Shown in pieces: positions 1 through 7,741 of a stretch of DNA of 40,612 nt. Origin of the DNA: Gemmatimonadota bacterium (GTDB taxonomy: Bacteria > Gemmatimonadota > Gemmatimonadetes > Gemmatimonadales > GWC2-71-9); NCBI GenBank assembly GCA_039588295.1, contig JBDHAB010000026.1, positions 1 through 40,612 on the forward strand. Direction: 5' to 3'. The notes beneath the pieces were generated by a model. It had not been told where the DNA came from and did no database searches. It saw nothing but the letters and a program-made list of their open reading frames with translations. Each line of letters starts with the position of its first letter. Position 1 is the stretch's first letter. Position numbers and translations under genes: made by a program.

Positions 1-547
1 ATGCCGGGGTTCCAACAGCCATGCCGACGGTCGTGAGCCCTTCTTGGCCTGCCGCTTCACTCACCGCACGCGCCACGCCGAAATCTGTCACGGTCGCATG
101 TCGGCCAGAGACCAACACGTTGTCGGGCTTAATGTCGCGGTGTACGACTCCACGGGAGTGCGCATACGCGAGCGCGTCAGCGACCTCGCGCATCAATCGC
201 GTTGCCTCGGCAACGGGGAGTGCGCCTTCGCGTTCAAGCCGGTCACGAAGAGACTCTCCCTCGACGTAGGGCATGACGTAGAACAGGAAGTCACCGGCCT
301 CTCTCGACTCGAAGAGCGGGAGGATGTGCGGGTGTTGCAGGTTGGCTGTAACCTCAATCTCGCGTAGAAACCGCTCGTGGCCCAGCGCGGCGGTGAGTTC
401 CGGCTTCAAGACCTTGAGCGCGACCTTGCGGTTGTGCTTGAGGTCATGGGCCAGATACACGGTCGCCATCCCGCCAGCGCCGACTTCGCGCTCGATCGTG
501 TAGCGGCCCGCAAGGGCGGTCGAGAGCCGGGAGATGATCTCGGTCAT
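1..547 (-). CDS. Ser/Thr protein kinase (PknB-like, Hanks type), N-terminal part; runs off the window start
   Basis: Manual translation of the minus strand from ATG at 547 (absent from the ORF track because there is no stop in the window): MTEIISRLSTALAGRYTIEREVGAGGMATVYLAHDLKHNRKVALKVL...HRDIKPDNVL...TDFGVARA...GTPA. This shows the Gly-rich loop, VAxK, HRDxKPxN, DFG and GTP motifs. Confidence 0.95.
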   Translation of the reverse strand, partial: MTEIISRLSTALAGRYTIEREVGAGGMATVYLAHDLKHNRKVALKVLKPELTAALGHERFLREIEVTANLQHPHILPLFESREAGDFLFYVMPYVEGESLRDRLEREGALPVAEATRLMREVADALAYAHSRGVVHRDIKPDNVLVSGRHATVTDFGVARAVSEAAGQEGLTTVGMAVGTPA

Positions 548-690
548 GAGACTAGAAGATGTCAATTCGTACGAGATAGGGCGAGACTCTAGGAGTTTGC
601 GGTCCCATTTGGGGCCCCATACGGGAAACGCTCACTCGAGGAGGTGGCTGTCGAAGACGAGAAGTTGTTGGCGCGAAAGTGTTAACGCAA

Positions 691-763
<73 letters not shown>

Positions 764-832
764 CGGTTCCAAAATTCGCCGGCAGCGCTCGCTCGCGCAA
801 CCCGTTTGGCCGCACACCGCGAATCGAAGGAC

Positions 833-1213
833 TTATGGAACCCGTCGGAGGCGGAGGCGGCTGCCCGACACTTGCTCCACGATCAGTTCGAGCGTGTCCC
901 CGCGCTCAATCGGGAGTATCTCGGTCGTGGACCTGCCGCCCGACAGAAAGTCGATCTCGAAACTGATTTCCAACGCGACCCAGCGGAACGTGAACGTGCG
1001 GGTGTCGTTCCCGGAGACGGTGCCGAGGCGCTGACGCCGCCCGGCAGCGCGGGCATAGATCGTGGCGTCGTTGAAATTGTAGTTCTCCACCTCGAGCGTG
1101 ATCTCCTCCGACTCCTGCGGCTCCACATCCGACCGCTCACGTTGAGCGGACCCGCAGCCTGCCACCATGACGGTCGCGAGCAGCACGATGCTGAGGCCTG
1201 TTCCAACGTTCAT
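833..1213 (-). CDS. Small hypothetical lipoprotein (126 aa, beta-rich); paralog of 27496-27912
   Basis: ATG at 1213 preceded by GGAGGT SD (1221-1226); lipobox VMVAG-C; mature part LEVENYNFNDATIYA...RLGTVSG resembles the 27496-27912 product. Confidence 0.8.
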   Translation of the reverse strand: MNVGTGLSIVLLATVMVAGCGSAQRERSDVEPQESEEITLEVENYNFNDATIYARAAGRRQRLGTVSGNDTRTFTFRWVALEISFEIDFLSGGRSTTEILPIERGDTLELIVEQVSGSRLRLRRVP

Positions 1214-1236
1214 GGCACCCACCTCCAATGGTCAGT

Positions 1237-1263
1237 CGTCGAACATCGCCGCCCGCAACTTCC
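1237..1263 (-). promoter_or_regulatory. Putative ECF-sigma-type promoter GGAAGTT-N15-CGACG
   Basis: Lies just upstream of the SD of 833-1213, with the same spacing as GGAACTT-N15-CGTCT upstream of the paralog. Confidence 0.3.
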
Positions 1264-1321
1264 TTCCGGTCCAAAGGTATTACCTACGCGCGACACATCA
1301 ACCAGCTACATTGCGACCGCC

Positions 1322-3454
1322 ATGACACTCTCGGCTGCCCTCCTCTCCATCACCGCAATTGCGGCGCTCCAACAGGACACGAGCGCGGTCAAGGACACCG
1401 TCGTGGTGCTCGACGAGTTTGTGGTGACGGGCGCGCGCGCAGCGGAGGTGCAGCGAATCGAGCAACCGCTCGCCGTCTCATGGGCGACACCCGACTTGGC
1501 GCAGCGGGCGTCCGGTTCCCTGGCCGTCCATCTCCTCCAAGACCTCGCCGGGGTGCACATCCAGCAAACGTCAGCCGGCCAGGGCGCAGTGGTGCTCCGT
1601 GGCATGGTAGGCAACCAGGTGTTGCTGCTGGTGAACGGCGTACCGATGAACAACGCAACGTACCGCGACGGGCCGGGCCAGTATCTGGCCAGCATCGATC
1701 CCGAGACCATCGAACGGATCGAGATCGTGCGTGGGCCCGCCTCGGTGCTGTACGGATCCGATGCGCAGGGCGGCGTGGTCAACCTCATCACCGCGACGCA
1801 TCGCCATGCGGGCGCTCGAAGCGCGCGCGCCGCGGGCAGCGTATCCTCGGCCGATGGCGGGGCGCGGGCACGCGTCTCCGCCGGGCTGGCGGGCGTGGGA
1901 TGGAACGTGGCCCTCGGTGGGACGTTCATGTCCGTGGGAAATCTGCATCCCGGTGATGGACTCGCGGCTCAGACTCCCACCGACTTCACTGCCGAGGGCC
2001 TGGATGCCGCTGCCGGCTTCCGGTTTGGCAACCGACATTCGCTGGTGGGGGTGGTGCAGCACTTCGCCATGCATGACGTGCCGCGGTACGATCGCTACGT
2101 CACCTTCCGTGCGCCCGAGCCCGGCAGCGACGCCGAGCACCTCTTTCAGCCACAGACCCGACAGCTCGCGTTCGCGCGATACCGGTACGCCCCGGAACGC
2201 CCAGGGCTCATGCGGCTCGAAGCAACGGTGAGCCTTACGACGCAACGCGAAGGGCGGGACCGCGTCCGGCTGCTCGACACAGGCGACCCAGCGGACGAGC
2301 GGACGCACTGGCGTGACGACGTGTACTCTCCCGGCGCGAGCGTCGTCGGATCGAGCGTCTTCATGGTCCGCCACCGGCCCGTCATGCTGCAGTGGGGCGC
2401 TGATTACTACCACGACATGCTCGACAGCGACGGCTGGGTGGAAACCATCTCAACCGGTATCCGCACACCGCTCGAGATCCAAACGGCGGACGGATCGATC
2501 CAGACCGGTAACTTCCCGGACGGTGCCAACGCCGACCGATTCGGCGTCTTTCTCGCCACCGACGTTCAGCTCACCGACCGTGTCAAGCTTTCCGCGGGCG
2601 CGCGGTGGAGTCGGTTCCGCAACGAAGCTATGGTCGGTGTCGACCTGGGCGGGCTCCTCGTCAATACCAGCTCCGATCTCACGGGACAACTCGGCATGGT
2701 GGTGGCACTGGCAAAGCCCTGGCGGCTGGCACTCCGGGTGGCAGAAGGGTTTCGCGCTCCCAACCTGTACGACCTCACCCGCGTCGGGCCTGTGCCGGGA
2801 GGCATGCAGCTTCCCAACCCCGGGGTTCGCCCCGAACACTCCGTCAGCGGTGAAGCCGGCATCCGGTACATGCTGTCCACCACCGCCTTCGAATTCACAG
2901 CGTACTACACGCGGGTCACGGATTTCATTGATCGCGTGCCGGGCGCGTTCCAGGGCGACACCCTGTTCAACGGCGAGCGGGTGTTCCTCGGGCAGAACAT
3001 CGGGACCGCACGTATCTGGGGCTTCGAGGCACAAGGGGTCCGCGAGTTGGGACCGGTGCGTGTGAGTGCGGGGTTGGCGTACACCCGCGGCGAGCAGGAG
3101 GCGGCGGCGGGTGTGGAGGAGCCGATGTCCAAGATCCCGCCGCTGGGCGGCCACACGAGCGTTCGCTACACTCCACCCGCGCAGCGCTGGTGGATCGAAT
3201 ACTCACTACGCTGGGCAACCCGGCAGGACCGACTGGGGAGCCGCGATCTCCTCGACCCGCGGATCCCGAAACCAGAGGGCACGCCCGGATACGCGGTTCA
3301 CGGTGTGCGGGCGACCGCGAAGGTAACCCCTCAACTCACGGTATCGGCCGGCCTGGGAAACCTCGCCGACGCGCTCTACCGCACGCACGCGAGCGGCGTG
3401 GACGCGGCAGGCCGGCATGTGTGGGTGGGAGCATCCTGGCTCGGAGGGCTGTGA
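1322..3454 (+). CDS. TonB-dependent receptor (plug + beta-barrel), substrate unknown
   Basis: Start re-called at ATG 1322 (MTLSAALLSITAIAALQQ, signal-like); TonB-box-like LDEFVVTG; plug motifs LRGM..NQVLLLVNG and IERIEIVRGPASVLYGSDAQGGVVNLIT; barrel motifs FRAPNLYDL, NPGVRPE and GRHVWVGASW. Confidence 0.93.
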   Translation: MTLSAALLSITAIAALQQDTSAVKDTVVVLDEFVVTGARAAEVQRIEQPLAVSWATPDLAQRASGSLAVHLLQDLAGVHIQQTSAGQGAVVLRGMVGNQVLLLVNGVPMNNATYRDGPGQYLASIDPETIERIEIVRGPASVLYGSDAQGGVVNLITATHRHAGARSARAAGSVSSADGGARARVSAGLAGVGWNVALGGTFMSVGNLHPGDGLAAQTPTDFTAEGLDAAAGFRFGNRHSLVGVVQHFAMHDVPRYDRYVTFRAPEPGSDAEHLFQPQTRQLAFARYRYAPERPGLMRLEATVSLTTQREGRDRVRLLDTGDPADERTHWRDDVYSPGASVVGSSVFMVRHRPVMLQWGADYYHDMLDSDGWVETISTGIRTPLEIQTADGSIQTGNFPDGANADRFGVFLATDVQLTDRVKLSAGARWSRFRNEAMVGVDLGGLLVNTSSDLTGQLGMVVALAKPWRLALRVAEGFRAPNLYDLTRVGPVPGGMQLPNPGVRPEHSVSGEAGIRYMLSTTAFEFTAYYTRVTDFIDRVPGAFQGDTLFNGERVFLGQNIGTARIWGFEAQGVRELGPVRVSAGLAYTRGEQEAAAGVEEPMSKIPPLGGHTSVRYTPPAQRWWIEYSLRWATRQDRLGSRDLLDPRIPKPEGTPGYAVHGVRATAKVTPQLTVSAGLGNLADALYRTHASGVDAAGRHVWVGASWLGGL

Positions 3455-3460
3455 CCTCTT

Positions 3461-3502
3461 CTCCCGTCTCCCCCTTCCCCCTTATCCCCATCCCTTATCC
3501 CT
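3461..3502 (-). repeat. Degenerate ~7-nt C-rich tandem repeat (six G-tracts on the minus strand) in the tRNA-Glu 3' trailer
   Basis: ctcccgt ctccccc ttccccc ttatccc catccct tatccct; C-runs of 3-5 nt at 3463, 3470, 3477, 3486, 3492 and 3499. Confidence 0.6.
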
Positions 3503-3511
3503 ACAAAACAA

Positions 3512-3583
3512 TGCCCCCAAGGGGAGTCGAACCCCTGTCCCCACCTTGAAAGAGTGGTGTCCTGACCGCTAGACGATGGGGGC
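3512..3583 (-). tRNA. tRNA-Glu (TTC)
   Basis: Reverse complement GCCCCCATCGTCTAGCGGTCAGGACACCACTCTTTCAAGGTGGGGACAGGGGTTCGACTCCCCTTGGGGGCA; anticodon TTC; CCA not encoded. Confidence 0.96.
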
Positions 3584-3611
3584 GCGCCGATGCACTCGGC
3601 AAAGCACGTAG

Positions 3612-3683
3612 TAGCGGTAACGGGATTCGAACCCGTGTTTCAGCCTTGAGAGGGCTGCGTCCTAACCCCTAGACGATACCGCC
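3612..3683 (-). tRNA. tRNA-Glu (CTC)
   Basis: Reverse complement GGCGGTATCGTCTAGGGGTTAGGACGCAGCCCTCTCAAGGCTGAAACACGGGTTCGAATCCCGTTACCGCTA; anticodon CTC; G1-U72 wobble; tandem with tRNA-Glu(TTC), 28-nt spacer. Confidence 0.96.
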
Positions 3684-3853
3684 ACACAGGCGCGTTCGCG
3701 CGCCGGGGGTCAAATATCGTATTGGTCCAGCGCGTCACGCAACCTGAACGTCTGGTACGCTCCGGGGCCGCAATTCCAGCGAAACACGTCCCGGCCTGGC
3801 GAGATCGTTGGAGGCGGGATATGCTCACTCTCGTTAACACGGGCGTCGCGTTT

Positions 3854-3880
3854 CGAAACCGCCGAGAATCTCCGTCCGTA
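3854..3880 (+). promoter_or_regulatory. Putative sigma-W-like ECF promoter CGAAAC-N17-CGTA
   Basis: Close to the B. subtilis SigW consensus TGAAAC-N16/17-CGTA; ends 31 nt upstream of the TM2 gene ATG. Confidence 0.5.
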
Positions 3881-3911
3881 CGTGTTCACACAATCAACTA
3901 CGGCGATCCGC

Positions 3912-4331
3912 ATGGAATCACAAGTCCCGTCTACTGAGATCTCTCAGCGCTCGCGGGGCGTCGCGCTCCTCCTCGGCAGTATCATCGGGGTCTTCGGCGG
4001 GCACCGGTTCTACGTCGGCAAGCCGGTGAGTGGCGTGTGCATGGCCCTCACCTTCGGCGGTCTCGGCATCTGGTGGCTCTACGACATCATCTTGATCGCG
4101 GCCGGGTCCTTCCGCGACGACGAGGACAAGCGATTGGTTCGATGGGGAGAGACCAACCCGCTCGTCGAGCCCACCGCGGGACGCCTCCCTCAACAGTTGA
4201 ATCTCGTCCTGGACGAGCTCGACGCGTTGCGGGGTGAAGTTGGCGAACTGGGGGAGCGCGTCGACTTCATGGAGCGCGTCATCGCCCAGGCGAAGGACCG
4301 GGAGGCACTTCCGCCGGCAGCGGGTCTCTAA
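3912..4331 (+). CDS. TM2 (NINE) domain membrane protein with C-terminal PspB-like coiled coil
   Basis: TM2 signature RSRGVALLLGSIIGVFGGHRFYVGKPVSG...TFGGLGIWWLYDII; tail ELDALRGEVGELGERVDFMERVI; start re-called to ATG 3912. Confidence 0.9.
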   Translation: MESQVPSTEISQRSRGVALLLGSIIGVFGGHRFYVGKPVSGVCMALTFGGLGIWWLYDIILIAAGSFRDDEDKRLVRWGETNPLVEPTAGRLPQQLNLVLDELDALRGEVGELGERVDFMERVIAQAKDREALPPAAGL

Positions 4332-4665
4332 AGCGCGACCCACGCGTAGACCACACCCACGGCCGCAGCCTGCCCCCTGAGGGCACGAGCCTGCGCCCCG
4401 GAGCCCACTTCCCAGACACCGCCGCCGGTTGACGTCGCTTCATCGGCGCGCTATTGCAGTGAGCATGCTGCGACGCATCGGACCGCCATCCTCGCCCTCG
4501 CCTCGCACGCGAACCCACGAAACCCGAGTTCAACCGCCTGCGGCTGCGCCATGTCTTCTAGAGGCGGCGCATGCAGAAACGGATCGCGGAGATGAGCGGC
4601 CACAATAGCGTCTGCGGCGACCGCGAACGGAACGTGTGGACTGACTCCCGCAGCTGGCGCGTAGC

Positions 4666-7161
4666 GTGACCGAGGGACACGTCGTCACCGGCGTCATCGC
4701 GATCGTGGGCCTGCTGCTCGTCGCCTCGGCGGCGGCGATGGGGCTCAAACGGGTCAACGTGCCCTATACCGTGGGTCTTGTGGTTGTAGGGCTCGTTCTC
4801 GGCGCACTCGCGGATCGTGTGGCTCCGATCGAGCCGCTCCGCCAGCTGACGCTTTCGCCGGAGATCATTCTCTTCATCTTCTTGCCGACCCTCATCTTCG
4901 AGTCGGCGTTCAACCTGGACAGCCGGCTGCTGTCGCAGAACCTGACGCCGGTCATCACCCTCGCCGCCCCCGGTCTGCTCCTCTCGACGGCAATCGTCGG
5001 CGGGTTGCTTGCGCTCGTCACCCCCCTGCCGATCGGACCGGCCCTGTTGTTCGGAGCCCTGATCTCTGCGACGGATCCCGTCGCCGTCATCGCCCTGTTC
5101 AAGGAGGTCGGCGCGCCCAAGCGTCTGACCATCCTGGTCGAGGGCGAGAGCCTGTTCAACGACGCCACTGCCATCGTGCTGTTTCGCATCATCCTGACGG
5201 TCGTTGCCGGCGGGGCGCTGGGTGCGGCGACGGTCGGCAGAGGCGTTGCCGAGTTCCTCATCGTGTTCTTGGGGGGCCTGGTGGTGGGTGCGCTGATCGG
5301 CTACTTGATGATTCGCTCGATCGCCCTCGCCGACGACGATCCACTCGTCGAGGTGGCCCTCTCCACCGTGGTGGCGTATGCGGCGTTCATCGCCGCTGAC
5401 CACTACCTGGGCGTGTCCGGCGTCATGTCGACGGTCGGGGCGGGCCTGGTGATCGGAACACTCGGATCCACGCGATTCACGCCGGCGGTGCGGGCCTATC
5501 TGCAGCAGTTCTGGGAATACGCGGCGTTTGTTGCCAACAGTCTCATCTTCCTGCTGGTTGGGCTGAGCGTGAGACTTGGTGCCGTCTCCGAGTCACTGCT
5601 GCCCATCGCGTGGGCCATCCTGGCCGTGGTGCTCGCGCGAGCCGTCACCGTGTTCGGGCTGGTACCGTTGGTGAGCCGCCTCCCACGGACCGAGCCAATC
5701 GGATGGCGCATGCAGGGCGTGATGTTCTGGGGTGGGCTGCGCGGCGCCGTCGCGTTGGCCCTGGTGCTGAGCCTTCCCAAGGACTTCGCACAGCGCGAGC
5801 TGCTGATCAATCTCGCGGTGGGAGTCGTGCTGTTCACCCTGCTGAGCGGCGGGCTCACGGTGGCGCCCCTCATCCACTGGCTGGGACTCGACCGGCCGTC
5901 GTTGTTCGAGCGCGTAGCGCGGGCTCAGGCCGCTCTTGCCGCCAAGGGCGAGGCACTTGCCCGGATCGGCGACTTGGGAACCACCGCGCATTACTCAACG
6001 CGCCTGGTCACGGACCTCGAGAACTCGTACCGGGATAACGTGGCCGGCGTCGAGCAGGACCTCGATGCGCTTCGCGCCGAATGCTCGACCGGAGAGATCC
6101 GTCGGGTGGTATGGTCGGAAGCGCTGGCGGCCGAGCGCAGTGCGTACCACGAGTTGTTCGATGACGGCGTGATTTCGGAAGCGGTGGTACGTGAGTTGGA
6201 GTTGTCGGTGGACCTCCGGCGCGATCGCCTGAAGGTCGCGGACTCGCCGGGCGACGCGGTCGCCGCTCGCCCGATCGAAGTACGGATCATCGGCGGCGTC
6301 ATCCGCCTGCTCGAGCGGGTTGCCCCTGGCCTGGGACCAGTGCGACAGCATCGGCTTCGGGCGCTCGCCGCCGAGTACGAGCACGACGCAGCGGTCCTGG
6401 CCGCCTGCCAGCGCGTGGCACAGGAGATCCAAGACCTCTCCGAGCTGGGCGGTCTCGCGCCCGATACCGCGGAGGAGTGCCGCACCGCCTACGCGCGCCG
6501 GGCCGATGAGGCGATGCGCCGGCTCGACACGGTGGCAGAGCACTTCCCGGAATACGTGCAGGCCGTCCAGCAACGGACCGCCAGACGCATGGCCTTCGAA
6601 GCCGAGGCCGACGCGATCGAACGGCTTGCCGCCGGTGGGGCGATACCTGAGCCGGTCGCGCGCGAGGCCCGCCGATCGGTGGAGCTGGCTCAACGACGGC
6701 TCATGCGACAGCCCGTGGCTGCCTTGGAGCCTCGGCCGGAGGATCTCCTGGCGCGCGTACCATTCTTCAGCGCCTTGGACGCTGGTGAGTTCGCGCATGT
6801 CGCGAAAGCGCTCGTTGCCCGCACCATTCTCCCGGCGGAAACGATCATCCGGCAGGGCGAGCGCGGTACGTCGCTGTTCCTGATCGCGCGGGGGGTCGTA
6901 GCGGTCATCGTGGCCGAGCCGGGACAGCCCCCTCGGCGCGTGGCGTCGCTCCACGCGGGCGAGTTCTTCGGGGAGATGGCGTTGCTGACCCAGGAGCCGC
7001 GATCGGCAACTGTGCAGGCGGTGACGGGCTGCCAACTCTTCGAGCTCAAGAGTCGGGACGTAGACGGCATCTGCGAGTTTTGCCCGCAGGTCCGCGAGGC
7101 ACTCCTCAGGGCCTACGAGGACCGGCGAGCGGGCGGGCGGAGGAGCTCGGTGGCGAGCTGA
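4666..7161 (+). CDS. CPA1-family Na+/H+ antiporter with C-terminal cyclic-nucleotide-binding domain
   Basis: About 12-13 hydrophobic segments with CPA1 motifs FLPTLIFES, ISATDPVAV, EGESLFND and GLRGAVALAL; long helical cytoplasmic region; cNMP domain IIRQGERGTSLFLIARGVV...FFGEMALLTQEPRSATV. Confidence 0.93.
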   Translation: MTEGHVVTGVIAIVGLLLVASAAAMGLKRVNVPYTVGLVVVGLVLGALADRVAPIEPLRQLTLSPEIILFIFLPTLIFESAFNLDSRLLSQNLTPVITLAAPGLLLSTAIVGGLLALVTPLPIGPALLFGALISATDPVAVIALFKEVGAPKRLTILVEGESLFNDATAIVLFRIILTVVAGGALGAATVGRGVAEFLIVFLGGLVVGALIGYLMIRSIALADDDPLVEVALSTVVAYAAFIAADHYLGVSGVMSTVGAGLVIGTLGSTRFTPAVRAYLQQFWEYAAFVANSLIFLLVGLSVRLGAVSESLLPIAWAILAVVLARAVTVFGLVPLVSRLPRTEPIGWRMQGVMFWGGLRGAVALALVLSLPKDFAQRELLINLAVGVVLFTLLSGGLTVAPLIHWLGLDRPSLFERVARAQAALAAKGEALARIGDLGTTAHYSTRLVTDLENSYRDNVAGVEQDLDALRAECSTGEIRRVVWSEALAAERSAYHELFDDGVISEAVVRELELSVDLRRDRLKVADSPGDAVAARPIEVRIIGGVIRLLERVAPGLGPVRQHRLRALAAEYEHDAAVLAACQRVAQEIQDLSELGGLAPDTAEECRTAYARRADEAMRRLDTVAEHFPEYVQAVQQRTARRMAFEAEADAIERLAAGGAIPEPVAREARRSVELAQRRLMRQPVAALEPRPEDLLARVPFFSALDAGEFAHVAKALVARTILPAETIIRQGERGTSLFLIARGVVAVIVAEPGQPPRRVASLHAGEFFGEMALLTQEPRSATVQAVTGCQLFELKSRDVDGICEFCPQVREALLRAYEDRRAGGRRSSVAS

Positions 7162-7166
7162 ACTCC

Positions 7167-7193
7167 GTTACCTTTCAGCCACTTACTTCGTCT
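7167..7193 (+). promoter_or_regulatory. Putative autoregulatory ECF promoter GTTACC-N16-CGTCT
   Basis: Fills the 37-bp gap directly upstream of the ECF sigma gene; geometry matches ECF -35/-10 (CGT) promoters; TTG start follows 5 nt after the -10. Confidence 0.5.
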
Positions 7194-7198
7194 CCATA

Positions 7199-7741
7199 TT
7201 GAGCGGCATCGTGGAATCAAGCGACGGGAGTGTGGTGCGGCGCGTCCTGGATGGGAATCCTGACAGCTACCGGATCCTGGTCGAGCGCTACCGTGCCAAG
7301 TTCGGGGACTACGCCACGGCGCTGGTCGGTGATAGCGACATGGCGGCCGACGCGATGCAGGAAGCGTTCATTCGCGCGTACGACTCGTTGGCCCGCTGTC
7401 GCGATCCCGATCGTTTCGGATCCTGGTTCTTCCGGATCCTGACCAACCAGTGCCACGAGGCCCGGGACCGGCGTCGGCCCACCGTGGACATCCGCGCGGT
7501 GGATCCCCCGGACCGAATGCGCTCAGACGCTGACCTGGAACGCCACGAGCTCGCGGGGGCAATCGACGGCGCATTGGCCGATCTGACGCCGGAGCAACGT
7601 GAAGCGTTTGTGATGAAGCATGTCGATGGGCGTTCGTACGAGGAGATGGCGGATATCACCGGTGTCGCAATGGACGCCTTGAAGATGCGCGTACACCGGG
7701 CGCGAGACAGCTTACGGGCGATGCTCGGAGGACTCAGGTGA
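7199..7741 (+). CDS. ECF (sigma-70 group 4) RNA polymerase sigma factor
   Basis: Region 2 DAMQEAFIRAY...FGSWFFRILTNQC; region 4 REAFVMKHVDGRSYEEMADITGVAMDALKMRVHRAR; start could be TTG 7199 or GTG 7211. Confidence 0.95.
   Translation: MSGIVESSDGSVVRRVLDGNPDSYRILVERYRAKFGDYATALVGDSDMAADAMQEAFIRAYDSLARCRDPDRFGSWFFRILTNQCHEARDRRRPTVDIRAVDPPDRMRSDADLERHELAGAIDGALADLTPEQREAFVMKHVDGRSYEEMADITGVAMDALKMRVHRARDSLRAMLGGLR

Noticed and set aside
806..1321. 172-aa N-terminal extension of the TonB receptor in the ORF track
   Set aside because: Antisense to the 833-1213 lipoprotein; the signal-like N-terminus and TonB box begin at ATG 1322.
1230..1321. Cobalamin riboswitch or Fur box before the TonB receptor
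   Set aside because: The gap is only about 108 bp, and I see no B12-box or GATAATGAT-type repeat, so the substrate is left unassigned.
4585..4655. Fluoride riboswitch-like words GGAGATGAG...ACTGACTCC before the antiporter
   Set aside because: The P1 complement and GCTRATGAC core are missing, so the pseudoknot cannot be built.
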